Shown one piece after another: positions 27,960 to 39,900 of a DNA stretch of 64,000 nt. The notes below the pieces were generated by a model, which was given only the letters and a program-made list of their open reading frames with translations, searched no databases and was not told the DNA's origin. The position numbers and the translations under genes were made by a program. The DNA is from Zygnema circumcarinatum SAG 698-1b. Lineage: Eukaryota > Plantae > Zygnematophyceae. Location: assembly GCA_037447605.1 (NCBI GenBank), contig CM074809.1, forward strand, positions 2,346,689 through 2,410,688. Direction: 5' to 3'. How positions within the stretch are numbered: position 1 is the stretch's first letter; each line of letters begins with the position of its first letter.

Positions 27960-30268
27960 TTACATAAGGACTCGTCTCTGTTCACAGAGCTCCAATATGG
28001 AGTGTGGACATTGTAAGATCTGGCTGAATTGAAAGGTAATCCACGCTCTCCCATGACCTGGGGTATCCCTTTCAAACCTTGCATTTGCAGAGTACAGTGG
28101 TGGATCGCTACTCAAATGTGAACAAATCAAGAATCTGGCAGGGCTTCCATTCACCGAGAGCCTCACATAAATATGCCCAAACAGCCTCTGTCTTCCCATC
28201 TTGGCCCATTATCTGCCTGTCCGCTTCAAATGCAAGCAGACACCCCCACTCAGACCTTTGTCTTACTTCTGGCCCGACCAATAGAAAAAACTTGATACTT
28301 CTGCCAACGGCCCACGTAAGTCCAGCCCTCGCGATCCACCAGAGCCATTTGCAGTAGACTCCTGCTTGCCCTGCTCAATTCTGCCTTTGAAAACAACAAG
28401 GCAGTTTTGAAAGACGGAAGCCAATCGGAACTGTTTCGGGGCCCCTCAAGCATTATCCGCTGACTCCAATCAAGGTCCAGAGTAAGCAGATCAATGTCAG
28501 ACACGTTGAACAGCTCTCGAAGAAGCTTTATAGGGCTCCCTTGCGCTTGGCCGCGATACATCAAATTTTTCGGAAACTGCAATCCAGCAGAAAAAGAAGG
28601 CTGAGCAAAAATGTACAAATCCTGTTGCATGAAGGGCTTTGTCGAACGTCAACGTGTCTTGTACATTACGAGCTGTTCTAGAGTGAAAACACAAATTGTA
28701 CAACAACCAAATTGTTTTATATGACCCTTTTTCGCAATGCAAGCTATTCAGACCTGTTGAAGCAGTCCTTACCTTGCCTCTCTCGTAAATGGTGAGGTCC
28801 TCTTCTACGCCGTATTGCTTGCTACCGATTTCCAGAACTTTTGGCTCAGGCCAAAGAGAACTTCGCAGAGCCACAACGTTGCGCAGGCCCTGTGTATTCA
28901 GCAGCAGCATTTCATATCTCTGTGCAAGCGGCTCCAAGCTCACAATTTTCGCCCTTGGAAACCTGCAGCACCATGCCTGCACCTCAGCCTTCCTAATTAA
29001 TCCCATGAACATTCTCATGGTCCCTGCCTTTTGCACGCAATCCTCACCACATGTCCCACAAATATTGCTGAATTGCTAGGCTCGACACAAGCGCCTGCCT
29101 GCAGGCAGAAAGGTGGTGAACCTCACATTATTCCAAGAAGGAGAGTGGAAATGCCCACGCCTGCACCTCCTTCCAGAATTGTCTGCAAATCTGTTCGTGA
29201 CTGCAAAAGGTCCAAATCTCCACGCTCTAATATGTCGACAGCTGTTTGTGCATCGCTTTTCTTATGGCGCAAATGAAGGCCAAGTAGACAACGGTCCTCA
29301 GGGCATGGCACCTGCAAGAGCCGATAGACAAAAAGTTGAAAACCAAGTGAACTATAATTTGCATGAACGCTGGAAGTGACAGGACAAAGGTCAATCAAGT
29401 CGGGCGATGACGTGCAAAATGAGGCCAAGGTAAAAGGAGGGAGACTCACCGTGTGGTCAGCACAGACGACCAAGCAGCGCACGGGATCGGTGCCAGGTAC
29501 CTCACTTTCTGACATGATGTTGAGCATCTGTGTTGCATTCATCCAGGTGTGATCGAGCCATATACGATCGCCTTGTCGGCTGAAATGATCTCACGAATGC
29601 CCCTCCAGAAAAACCCTTCAGATTGAAATCTCAAATCTGAAGAAGCACTATCCCACTGCCAATCATTCCTGTCGATAATGTATCCAAGTCGTTTCATATT
29701 GAAAACAAAGAGAAAGCCATACCAAAACAATCTGAACATAGGGTGATATAAAACCTACAGAGGCTGAGTGCAGCTTGATCAACTTTCCCATTGAAGATGA
29801 CTGACCTGCAGTTGTGAGGGAGGGAGAGAAAGCTTTCAATGGTGTGCTCCGAGTATCCACAAAGCTGAAGAGGTGAGCGGAAGCCCTGACGGACAACCCA
29901 AGTATCATACACCTTCCTCGAGCGTGTTTTTATCCCAAGAGCTGAATAACCCACCTCCCTCCCTCAATCCATTAGATGATGTCTTTTGACACTATTTCCC
30001 ACCCAAGTCCACGAGTATTAGAGTACAACAAAACCCAACTTAGAAAAGATCAGGCCACACGTACATTGGCATGATCCTGCCACCATGAGCAGCTCTTACC
30101 AGCGTCGTATGGCCGCCTGCAGAGAGACGACAGTATATCCAACTGCAAATGAATGGCGTCCATGGCGGCCATCCGGCTGCGCTCCAGAACACTCAGCGCC
30201 ACCCATGCGGCCACTGCCGCCAACAAGAAGGACCGGATAGCATGGGAGCAGCACGCCCTTTCCACCAT
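27960..30268 (-). CDS. Type II membrane-anchored FkbM-like (Methyltransf_21) SAM-dependent methyltransferase, ~7 exons; both ends tentative
   Basis: N-terminal anchor MVERACCSHAIRSFLLAAVAAWVALSVLERSR. Splicing (donor AT|GTGAGG near 29128, acceptor CTGCAG|G near 28965) joins TILEGGAGVGISTLLLGIM to FPRAKIVSLEPLAQRYEMLLLNTQGLRNVVALRSSLW, i.e. FkbM motif I plus EP plus N...ALW. Later exon LFNVSDIDLLTLDLD...DWLPS. Confidence 0.65.
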
Positions 30269-30368
30269 CCCTCCCTTTGGGTCCGCCACCTTGCGCCAAG
30301 TGAAGCGCCACTCCAGCGCCTCCCTCCCCCCGCTCCAAATCGCGACCGTGCGGGCGGAGAGGGCGCCT

Positions 30369-30466
30369 CCCTGCCCCTGCCCGTGCCCCTGCCCCTCCCC
30401 CTGCCCTGCTCCTGCCCCTGCCCCTGCCCCTGCCCCTGCCCCTGCCCCTGCCCCTGCCCCTGCCCC
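30369..30466 (+). repeat. (CCCCTG)n hexamer repeat, ~16 units, upstream of or within the 5' end of the methyltransferase gene
   Basis: Perfect run about 30411-30466 with degenerate units before it. On the minus strand it would encode (GA)n if translated. Confidence 0.95.
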
Positions 30467-31043
30467 CGGGGAGAGCACTTCAGGTCTCCTTCCCGAGGCG
30501 GCCGCTGCCTGCAGCCCAGCCCTCACCGCCCCTCTCCTCAGCGCATCCCTTGAATCCCTTCCCCTTCCCGAGTCTAGTTCAGGGCTCTGGGCGTGTCAGT
30601 CAGTCGTGTTGGTGGACTTCCAAATATGGAACAGTCTTTCAGCAGTCCTAAAGATGTCTGCGCGAGGATCGCTCTGTCCCCAGAGTACGGTACCGTGCCG
30701 TACTCATCTTGGGTACAGTACAGTACCCCCCCCCCCCTAATATTTTCATGATTTCGGCAACTATTGGGCGAAAATCTTGGAATTTGCAAATATAAGGAAG
30801 TCCGTGTTAACAATAATAGGCGGGAGGTATTATGTTAGGGTCTGGCCTGCGGCCGTACTGTTTCCCTCTGTACGGAGGCGCATGGCCGACCGGCTGGCCC
30901 TGTCGCGAGCTCCTATTGGTTTCGTACATTCAACTACACGAGTTCTTATTGGTGCCGTGCATATATCGTACGATTTAGAGATTTTATCCGTATGTGCCGT
31001 ACAGCGAAATAGCGTGACCCATGTTCAAAACATTTTTTTATTA

Positions 31044-31992
31044 GGGTAGTGATATTTCCACCCCTTTTTTGGATCCAAACACCCCTTCCCGGCCGGGCAG
31101 ATTTCAAAAAGGATTAAAAACGGAAAATGCTTTTTTCACACCTTTTTGGAATCGATACCCACCCTCCATCGGCAGATTATATTTTTGCGAAACAAGGAAA
31201 ATGATAACCCGTCACCCCATTTTGAATATCCCGCTTACCTGAATTTCTTTTCACGCGTGCGGTCAATCGCAGCCGTCGATTCCCTCGCAAATCGCAACAC
31301 TGCAGGTCACTATTTGATCTGCAGCCGGGCTCGGTCACAGCGAATGGCAAGTGCCCACGTATCCCGCCAAAGTCGCCTCAAAAGTTGTTCCGTACAAATA
31401 TCGTACGATCGCAACTTTGAGGAACCCAAAATTTCGTACATTGAGAGCTTGGACCAATCAAAAATTTCCACGTCAAAATTGTAACACGTGGCACCTGTTG
31501 ATTGGCTGGGAACTAACAATGACGAGATCTTGGGCCGATAGACGCGCGCACTCGCACGTGCGATTCGGCTTTAACGGGACTCGTGGGCGCTTTCCATTCG
31601 CTAAGATCGAGCCCGGCTGCAGATCGAACGGTGACCTGCAGTGATGCGATCTGCGAGGGAATCGACAGCTGCGATTGACACACACGTGTGAAAGGCGGAC
31701 ACCGGCGAACGATCTCGTGGCGGACGGATCTTCCATTTCGAGCGGATTCGGGCTGGCAGATATTTCTTTCCCTCAAAAAAAAAATTCAGGGAGGCGGGAT
31801 ACAGTATTCAAAATGCAGTGACGGGGTATCATTTTCCTTGGTTAGCAAAAATAAAATCAGCCGACGGAAGAAGGTGGGTATCGATTCCAAAAAGGCGTGA
31901 AAAAAGCATTTTCCGTTTTTAATCCCTTTTGAAATCTGCCCGGCCGGGAAGGGGTGTTTGGATCCAAAAAAGGGGTGGAAATATCACTACCC
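31044..31992. mobile_element. MULE-like MITE with ~200-bp TIRs
   Basis: GGGTAGTGATATTTCCACCCC... (31044-~31250) is inverted at ~31775-31992. 8-bp TSD TTTTATTA at 31036-31043 and 31993-32000. No transposase. Superfamily inferred from long G-starting TIRs. Confidence 0.88.
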
Positions 31993-32423
31993 TTTTATTA
32001 TCAGATTTTGTATTGAAAAATAGGTCAGGTTAGGTTAACACCCCTAATACATTCACACGGACTTACCGTACTAAAAGTGGTTTCGTCAGAATCAGGGCGA
32101 ATTTCTTGGGTAACGCAAGTAATAGGGGGAGTCAGACGACCATCGCCCGCGGAATTGAAAGATTTTACCGGCGGAAAGGTATTGATTTCGATTTCCGAAT
32201 TCGGATCGGAAACCACGGCTCCCCCCGAACCTGTCTGTCCCGTCCGTACGGCGGAATAGGTTACAAAAATGTCCCCAAATTTCAGAATTCCGCGCTCCGA
32301 AATTCCAGCTTTCCGCCGATGAGGAATCGTGCCCCGCCTTGTCGCCATTAGGGATGGATTAATTACGACTATATAATATATATTATATTATACAACTGTG
32401 ACGACTAGATAACGGCTGATATA

Positions 32424-33305
32424 CAGGCCTCTTCAAATAGGGGATTTCGGCTTAAGATAGGGGACTGTCCCCTAACTTGGTTTTGTAAAACCACGTAAAT
32501 ATGGACTGTACGGACGAAACCGTGCACATGCGGGCGAGAATTTTGTGGAGACCTTGCTTCATCATTTCCCAACACTGCTACCGTCGAGTTTGATTTTTCA
32601 GTAATTGGATGGGAGAAAGACGAGTTTCGAAAGAGGTTGACAGACTTTTCATTGGAAGGAATTCTTCACTGCAAACAGTTTGATAGTTTGACCGCTCTTC
32701 GAAGGTCTCTTTGAGTAGTTTGCATCACTTCTATAGCTGTCTTGATCAGCTAAAACTCCTAAGGGAGTGAGACCATTTTTCATTTCATTTCTAATTTTAG
32801 TTCCTATTTCAGTTTTTCTTTTGTGACTACACCTAGAATTTCAGAGGTTATGATTTGGAATAGTGTTTTTGTGAGGAAATTTTAAGACTATGATGGATTC
32901 TAAAGTGATACTTGGAGTAATTAATGATGGATGGAAAAGGAAATAGAGAGCTTAGGATTGGATCTACAAAGTTTCAGTGCACTTGGGTTTATGAAAAAGC
33001 AACTATATGTTTTTATTGCCAAATGCAAAGATATTCTAATTGATTGGTAAAATTTACCAATCTATAAGAGTCGAAGAGGTTGCACCAGTTTTTAAAGCCG
33101 TGTTGTTATACCAACAAATAAAATTCATATACATCATTGCTATAGTGGTTGCAAATGCAATTCATTTCCATTTTGTTTTTAACCAAAAAAATGCTTTTTT
33201 GGGGCTTGTGTGGTGTTTAAGTTGAAATCACGTAAACTAATCTCAAAATCTTACATAAATAAGCTATTTACGATATTTAGGGGATCTCCCTATTTGAAGA
33301 GGCCG
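32424..33305 (+). mobile_element. hAT deletion derivative carrying a transposase C-terminal (dimerisation-domain) remnant
   Basis: 17-bp TIR GGCCTCTTCAAATAGGG at 32426-32442, inverted at 33288-33304. TSD not intact. Frame 32535-32714 reads REFCGDLASSFPNTATVEFDFSVIGWEKDEFRKRLTDFSLEGILHCKQFDSLTALRRSL*, resembling the recalled hAT C-terminal motif (TAxVExxFS). Confidence 0.7.
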
Positions 33306-33426
33306 ATACATTACTTTACGTTTTACAACATGCACGGTCGGGCATCGCTTTGGATGGTTGCACGGTTGGACAGGCATTATGCGACACGATGTACGGTCGA
33401 TACGTAGAGAGAGTGAACTAGACGGA

Positions 33427-34390
33427 TGAGCACAAGATAAGCGGGGTTAGGGGAGACCTTGAGTGAGTTGGAAGGATTACTACGGCCATTCGCGCGTCCG
33501 TGCCGATGATGAAGCGGTTGGTGTTGGGGGGGAGCCGCCGCCTGCTAGGAGACAGCGGCTATCCGGGGATTCAGAGGACGCGCAGCGAAGACGGTAGGGA
33601 TCCTAAAAATGTTCCGATCTGCTGGACTCGATGCCCAAAGAGCCCTTCCTTGGGGCTCTTTCTCCCTCCTCTCTTTGGTGATCTCCTCGAGACTTCTAGT
33701 TATCATCGGTCATTGGGAGGAGTGTAAGGCATGATATCACAAGATGGTAGCTTGGCATAGAGTGACAGCAAAGGGAAATAGGGATTGAGCTTAGATAAAG
33801 GTTGTGTTTTGGAAGCCCATCCCAGCCGAATTGATTGGTTGGGATTCCATTACAATATAAGTGTCTTCTCAATTGAGTGCTGTCTAGCTGGTTGGGATGT
33901 ATGTCTAAATGCTATCATGAATAAAATCCTCCTCCTCTCTTCTTTGGACTGCAAATTTTCTCTCTCTAACTAGCATCTGTCGCTGGAGCTTCAAAGGAAG
34001 AAAAGAAGAACAAGACAACAAACCACACAGCAAATACAAATACTAAGCCCAGCACTAAAAGACAAACTAGCATCACTGACATCCCATCTACTTATCACTG
34101 ACAGTAGATCCTGAGTCTTAGCAGTCTCTGATTGGCCAACTGCCCACTGAGAGGCCTGACTGACTACGTGGAGCCTTCTAATAGGTCAACAAATGACAAT
34201 CGGCGACATTATGCGGCGCTTTCCAGTGTGTTGCCACGGGTGTGCGCTCCGTGGCCGCCAACACAGTGCGCGCGCTTTCGCATTTTTTGCCCAGCCTCTG
34301 GACTCACTGCGGTCCGTGACACTGAAGAGGCATATGTCAAGTACAACTGAACTGACGCGGATCCGTCGAGCGCAGCTCCACTACGCTACA
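33427..34390 (-). repeat. 3' LTR of the outer gypsy element
   Basis: Homologous to ~60219-60869. Both share ...GTCAAGTACAACTGAACTGACGCGGATCCGTCGAGCGCAGCTCCACTACGCTACA at the right edge. Confidence 0.9.
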
Positions 34391-34698
34391 TCTGTAGCAC
34401 ATGCCGGGGGGGGGAAACAAGCGCACGCCCCTGCGGGCGCAATGAAGAGGAGAAGAAGGGAAGGGGAGGAAACAATGATGACGGGGACGGAGGCCGCGGT
34501 AGGCGAGTCGGTGGCCATGTGGAGAAGCTTCCGCGTACATTCGGCAATGGGGAGGGGTGGCATGACCGCATCGGAAGAGACGGCCGGCTGGCGAAATGTT
34601 GGCGAAGGGGCAAAAAGTGGCGGGAATTAGAAATGGACCAATGAGGAGTCGTCATGGCAGGGGGGGTACGAGGAGACCGCGCTGTCGGTCGCAAACGC

Positions 34699-35349
34699 TC
34701 AGCCATCGCGGGGGGGAGGAACCGCTGACGTGGCGGCACGAATGTCGATCCAGTGTGAACGCCAGCGCCGGGCGTTTCCACTAGAGTCAGGGCCTTCCGA
34801 AATGATGGCCCAGCCTGGGATCTCCGACGGACCGACACAAATGAAGGGGCCCAACCACGGAAAAGCCCGTTGAGTCGGTTTGGCGAGATTCCTGAGCCAA
34901 ATGAGCTGACGTGGCGCGACCTGATTGGGCGGGAGAGCAGCGCGTCGGCGCCTCCCAAAGTCGGTGAGTTGTCGTCTGTGCGCGCGTTCGAGGTGGTGGG
35001 AGGCCATGGAATCTAGGGTTTGGAAGCGGAGGGCCAGGAGCTGAAGCTGGGCTACCCGATCTGGGGGAGGCGCGTCATCGTAGAAGAGGGGCTCAGCAGA
35101 GAGGAGGTCAAGGGGAATGCGGGGCTTACGGCCATAGAGGAGCTCGTAGGGAGAGAAGCCAGTGGAGGAGTGCACCGAAGTGTTGTAAGTGAAGACCAGG
35201 GAGGGGATGACCTCGCGCCAGTCCGCCTCCAGCTCCGCGCAGCCGCGAACACACGCGTCCTTGACGGTCTGTATGGTACGTTCTGCAAGCCCATTCTGCC
35301 AGGGGGAGTAGGGGCTAGAGGTGCGGTGAATGATGCGGAAGTCTTGCAT
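34699..35349 (-). pseudogene. Gypsy integrase, core C-terminal half plus GPY/F region
   Basis: FRIIHRTSSPYSPWQNGLAERTIQTVK...YNTSVHSSTGFSPYELLYGR...WLGPF. The upstream part (FLAVDRYTKWVE, ~35480-35520) is in another frame. Confidence 0.9.
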
Positions 35350-36947
35350 GAGCTTGCTTAAGCGTCCTTGTATTGATTGCCATTGTGAGTGAAGGTAGGG
35401 GAGAGAGTAGCGGTGAATGATGGCCGTCGGGAGAGCGGCGAAGTGGTGAGATGCTTAGATTACATGCGGCGTGAACTTCCACCCATTTGGTGTATCTGTC
35501 CACTGCTAGGAATACCCGAATGTAGCCAGAGGGGGTGCCGAGCTGGGGGATAGAAAAGGTGTCAATGTTCCAATCTTCTGCAACGCCTCGTATCGGGATC
35601 TCACCCATCTACAGGAGTTGGCGGTGAGGCCGGGCGGCGTTGGCTTAGCGGGTGCGGATTCGGCGTGTCGACTCCAGCTGCGCCATGAGTCACGGGCGAT
35701 AATAGCGCTCTGCGGCATGGCGACCATCTTCTTACGGCCAGGTGGAATCCCGTGGGCATGCGTGGCGACATCCGGGATCTCCATCGCGCTGCGTTGGGGA
35801 AAGAGCGGGGAAGGCGGAGGAGGTAAGTCGACCATCATCATCAATGAGAGGGGATTCGGCCGGCGGGCAGCCGCGAGCCCTGGTGTCGGTGATAAAAGGC
35901 GTGTGTGAGTCATGGCGTAGCAGAAGAGAGTGAGTGAGCGTCATTGGCGGGAAGTGGGAGGAAGAAGGGCTTGGCCGGAGTAGATCATCCATGAGGAGTT
36001 CCCAGGATCCGCGTGAGGGTGGCAGTGGGTGAAGTCGGTCTTGCCGGTGATGGAGGGGTGGTGGCGGGTGGTAGAATATCAATCAGCCCGCTCTGCGAAT
36101 ATGACATCATCTTGGTCTTGTCTGCCAATAAAATCTCGATGGGAAGATGCTCAGGGTTCAAGAGGGTGGGTGGGGGGATGGGTTCATGAACGGCCGGATC
36201 GTGACAGAGGAATGGAGCCGAAGGATTTCGACTGAGGCCGTCTGCATTGCCGTGGCTCCGTCCGGGACGGTGAGTGACCTTGAGTACATTATACTCCTCC
36301 AACTTCATCACCCAACGTGCAAACTTGGGTCGTAGGGTAGCCATGATGTGCGGCCAAGTGAGTGGCATGTGAACCGATCCAGAATGACGATAAGGTGCGG
36401 TAGAATTTGTAAAACTTAAACTTCTCGAGTGCTTGAGAATAGCCATTTGCCTGCGCCCTCGGTAGGGGCATACTTGGTCTCCGGTTCAGAGCAGGACCTG
36501 TAGCGTGGGTGTTCCCCATGAGGGAATGCTTGGTGACCTTGCCCCAAAGCGAGTCGACTCGGTCGGCGTCGATGATTGTGGGCGGTGGGGTCCGAATTGA
36601 TCTGGAACAAGGGAGCTGGGAGAACTCTTGAGCACATGGAAGGGCAGATCTACCTTCGGCTCCATTAAGCGTGGACTCAAGATGTTTCTCAAGGCATGTA
36701 GGGGCCTGGCGATAGGGCATAACCGCGATGAGCCGTGATGATAGAGGCAGAGGTGAGTCAAGAAAGGCCCCAGCGAGCTGAGTGAGGTTACATTATTAGG
36801 CGGCGCCAGAGTCAATGGCCTCAGGTTTGTCGGTGATGGCTTCAGTCCATTAATGCCAAATGTCACAGGTGAGTGATCTCGATGGCCCACTGCACGCATT
36901 TCTTGGGGCAATCTTCAAGCCTTGTTGGCAGCCAGCCTTCTGATCAC

Positions 36948-39900
36948 CCTGAGGAGGTGTACCCAGAGCTCAAGTCTGGTACCACTCTCACCCGAGGCGT
37001 GGCCGTGAAAAGCGGCGTGGGGACCCACTAGGTGGGAAAGGGTCACAGGATGGGAACATGCGAAGGTACAGGGATTCGATGCGGCCTTGATATCTTGAGA
37101 CATATATGTATCGCGTCAGCCGTGTAGTGAGGAATCGCGAATCCGGCCACATCTTCACTACGTTTTGGAAAAACGCGAAGTAAATGGAAACCACAATTAC
37201 GGGTCACCGTTGAGTGCGAGGGCGGTAGCGCCGTCGAACCAGCGCCGCAGCACGTAGGATCGGCAGTGCCCGGCGTCTGGCCAGCGCGCCGCGTGGTAGC
37301 ACCCAGCGCCCAGCGATGGCGTTAAATGCACGTTAGCCTCGACTTATTCGGGTCAGAGAAGGGATACGTGGCGATACGCCGTGGGCGGCCACTTCCGTCC
37401 TGCATCTTGGTAGGAGGTTGTGAAGCGTAAAAGGGCGTAGGTATTTGTCGTCGCCCAACAGCATCCGCGGCATTGATTTGCACCCACGCCGGGGTTTAGC
37501 GACTCTCTGAAGCTCGCTCTTGCTCGCCCTCTCGGCGAACTTCGATCGCGGTGTGTTATTAAGCGCGGTGAAGAGTTAGATCTCGGCGTTACGGCGGTAC
37601 TCGAGCAGCGTTCGCGGCCTTCTCTTTGGCAGAACTGCTGCGGGTCATGGTGACCACTCGCGGCCCGGCGACCGAGAGGCCCTCGGGGCGCCACCTCCAC
37701 CACGTCCCGGGGCGAGGTGATGGAGAGAAGAGCTTCGAAGGCTGCGGCCACCCCCATGGAGGGCGATCCAGGAAACCTGAACCCAGGTCATCCGTTGGCC
37801 TCTTTACCCCTTCCCGTGCCGCCGGGCCCGTTGGCTCGGCGGGCATCCACCGATCCCATGTCCGGGGCCCACGTGCGTGGAGTGCGTCCTTAAAATGAAG
37901 AAGAGGATCGAAGATTTGGGAAGAGATGTGGCGGCGGTAGCGTAAGCCACCATGGCATGCGAAGCGGTGGGCGACATGGAGACTCCTGATGTACTTTGGT
38001 GAACCGCGCTCAAATAGGTTAGAGCCTTTCGGACGAACTCCGGAGAGAGATGAAGAGTATGCCCCGAACCCCCTCGAGTACAGCCAGAAGCGTGGATCAC
38101 GGCGGGTCAGAAGGGGAAGGGTTAAGCCCGAAACCACTCGGTAGCGTGTTTGTCCCGAGCACTTGGCAAGTACTTGAGCGGCAGCCAGTACACCCCGGCT
38201 TTTCCGCAGTCACCTGAAGTGGCGAACCACCAGCGATGAGAGACCCCGTGCGAGGCGGCTGGCGAGGCCGGAGAAGATCCCGGTCCTCGGGCTGCTCCTC
38301 CAGCCTCTTTGAGATGCGGCGGAGCCGGGCGAGTAGCCTCTTTTCCTTTACAGGCCCGACATCACCACAGGCTGCTTTCGGTGGCGGTGGTTGCGCGATC
38401 AAGCGAGCTGCCACGGCGACCAGCATCCCCCTCGGTGAGTAAGCTTTGCCCACTGCTTTCCGAAGGAGCAGCATCTTGGGTATTGTATGAGAACTCTCTG
38501 ATAGACCAGGGCGATTGGGATAGGATTCAGGGGATGAACTTATCAAGCACTTTGAGGCCTTGAATCCCGACTTGGAGGCGGGGATGATTTGAGAACATGG
38601 TCCAAGCCGGCGGTGTCAGCGGTTTACGCGAGGGCACGCGTCAGTGGTACCTCAAATCACCACTCCTGTGGCTACAGACGAGCTGAGTTCTTTCCACTTG
38701 GCGAGGAATGGCTTGAAGCACTTTTGAGAGCGGTGAGAGGCTTAACCCACGGACTCGGCAGGTAGGACCCGGCCCCGACTTCTGGCGTACTTTGATAAAC
38801 CATTGATTGGACACCGCCTACCGCGAGCGATGCGAGCCCTTCCCGACGGAGGTGGGCGGCGTAACGGGGTATTAGGTGGAAAGCGGGACCCTGAAGCTCT
38901 CACACCAGATGGCGAGGAAAAACAGCGAAGCGGCCGGAAAGGCTGCCGCCCGGCCCTTTGCACAGGAACGCGAAGTTGGCTCGGAAATGGAAGATGCGGC
39001 GGGAGAACAAATGTTTAGTTGCGCAAGAAGGAAGGCGCCAAGGCAGGTTGCCCTCTCAACACCAAGGACAAGAAGGGCAAGGGGCCGGAAAACCCCAACC
39101 CACCAGCAGCTTAGGGGTCGTTGCTGGTGGACATGCTAGGCTAGGGGGAGGGAATGGGGCTGCCATCAAGGATAAGAGACTATTGTTTCTTAGAACCTCG
39201 GACATTCTTAATTTGGTGGGCAGGACTTTGGGAGTGCAAGATCTTTTTGTGTTTGATGTACTCCCTTCTTCCATTTCTCTTTCCCCTGCCACTGTAGTGA
39301 CTCCTCCTGGGTTTATGGATGTGCTGATGCATGGTCAATGGACTGTGTTTATCCTCAATGTCATGGGTAATGATGTCTTGGTGAATTGTGCCATGAATAC
39401 GTGCGTATGTGGGACACATCCATCGCTTGCTTTACATGTGGTTTCACCAGTATGGCGGTTCTGCCTGCTCAGCGCCACTTGGCCGGTTGGTGGCACTGAT
39501 TGAGAGGAAAGGCACATTGGTGCAAGAGATGGAAGGATCCACCCGGCTGCGGTTATCACCACATTGGTGTGGAGGGCTGGCTAGATCCTCGACCTTAAGC
39601 GTATAGTGCGTCTATGTTCCACCTTGCCCATGCGTGCCATGACCTTATTCGAGATGCGGCCGATAGCCACCAGCGATTATCTTGCTGGAATCTGGCGGGA
39701 ATGCTAACTGTTGATTACGCATTCACCAGGTGGTTGACCTCCAATGAATCCCCCATTGAAGATGTGCACGGGGATGGGCCTTAAAGGAGCCGAATCTGCA
39801 GTAGCGCCACTCAAATCAAGCTCGATCCCTACTCGATCAAGTGTCTTAGACTCCTCGTACAGGCGATGTTATTTTAGGGTACTTGGTTGGCGGGGTCGAG

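Noticed and set aside
29230-29290. LGLHLRH as an O-fucosyltransferase-type motif
   Set aside because: The downstream spliced sequence fits a SAM-binding FkbM fold better; no other glycosyltransferase motifs were seen.
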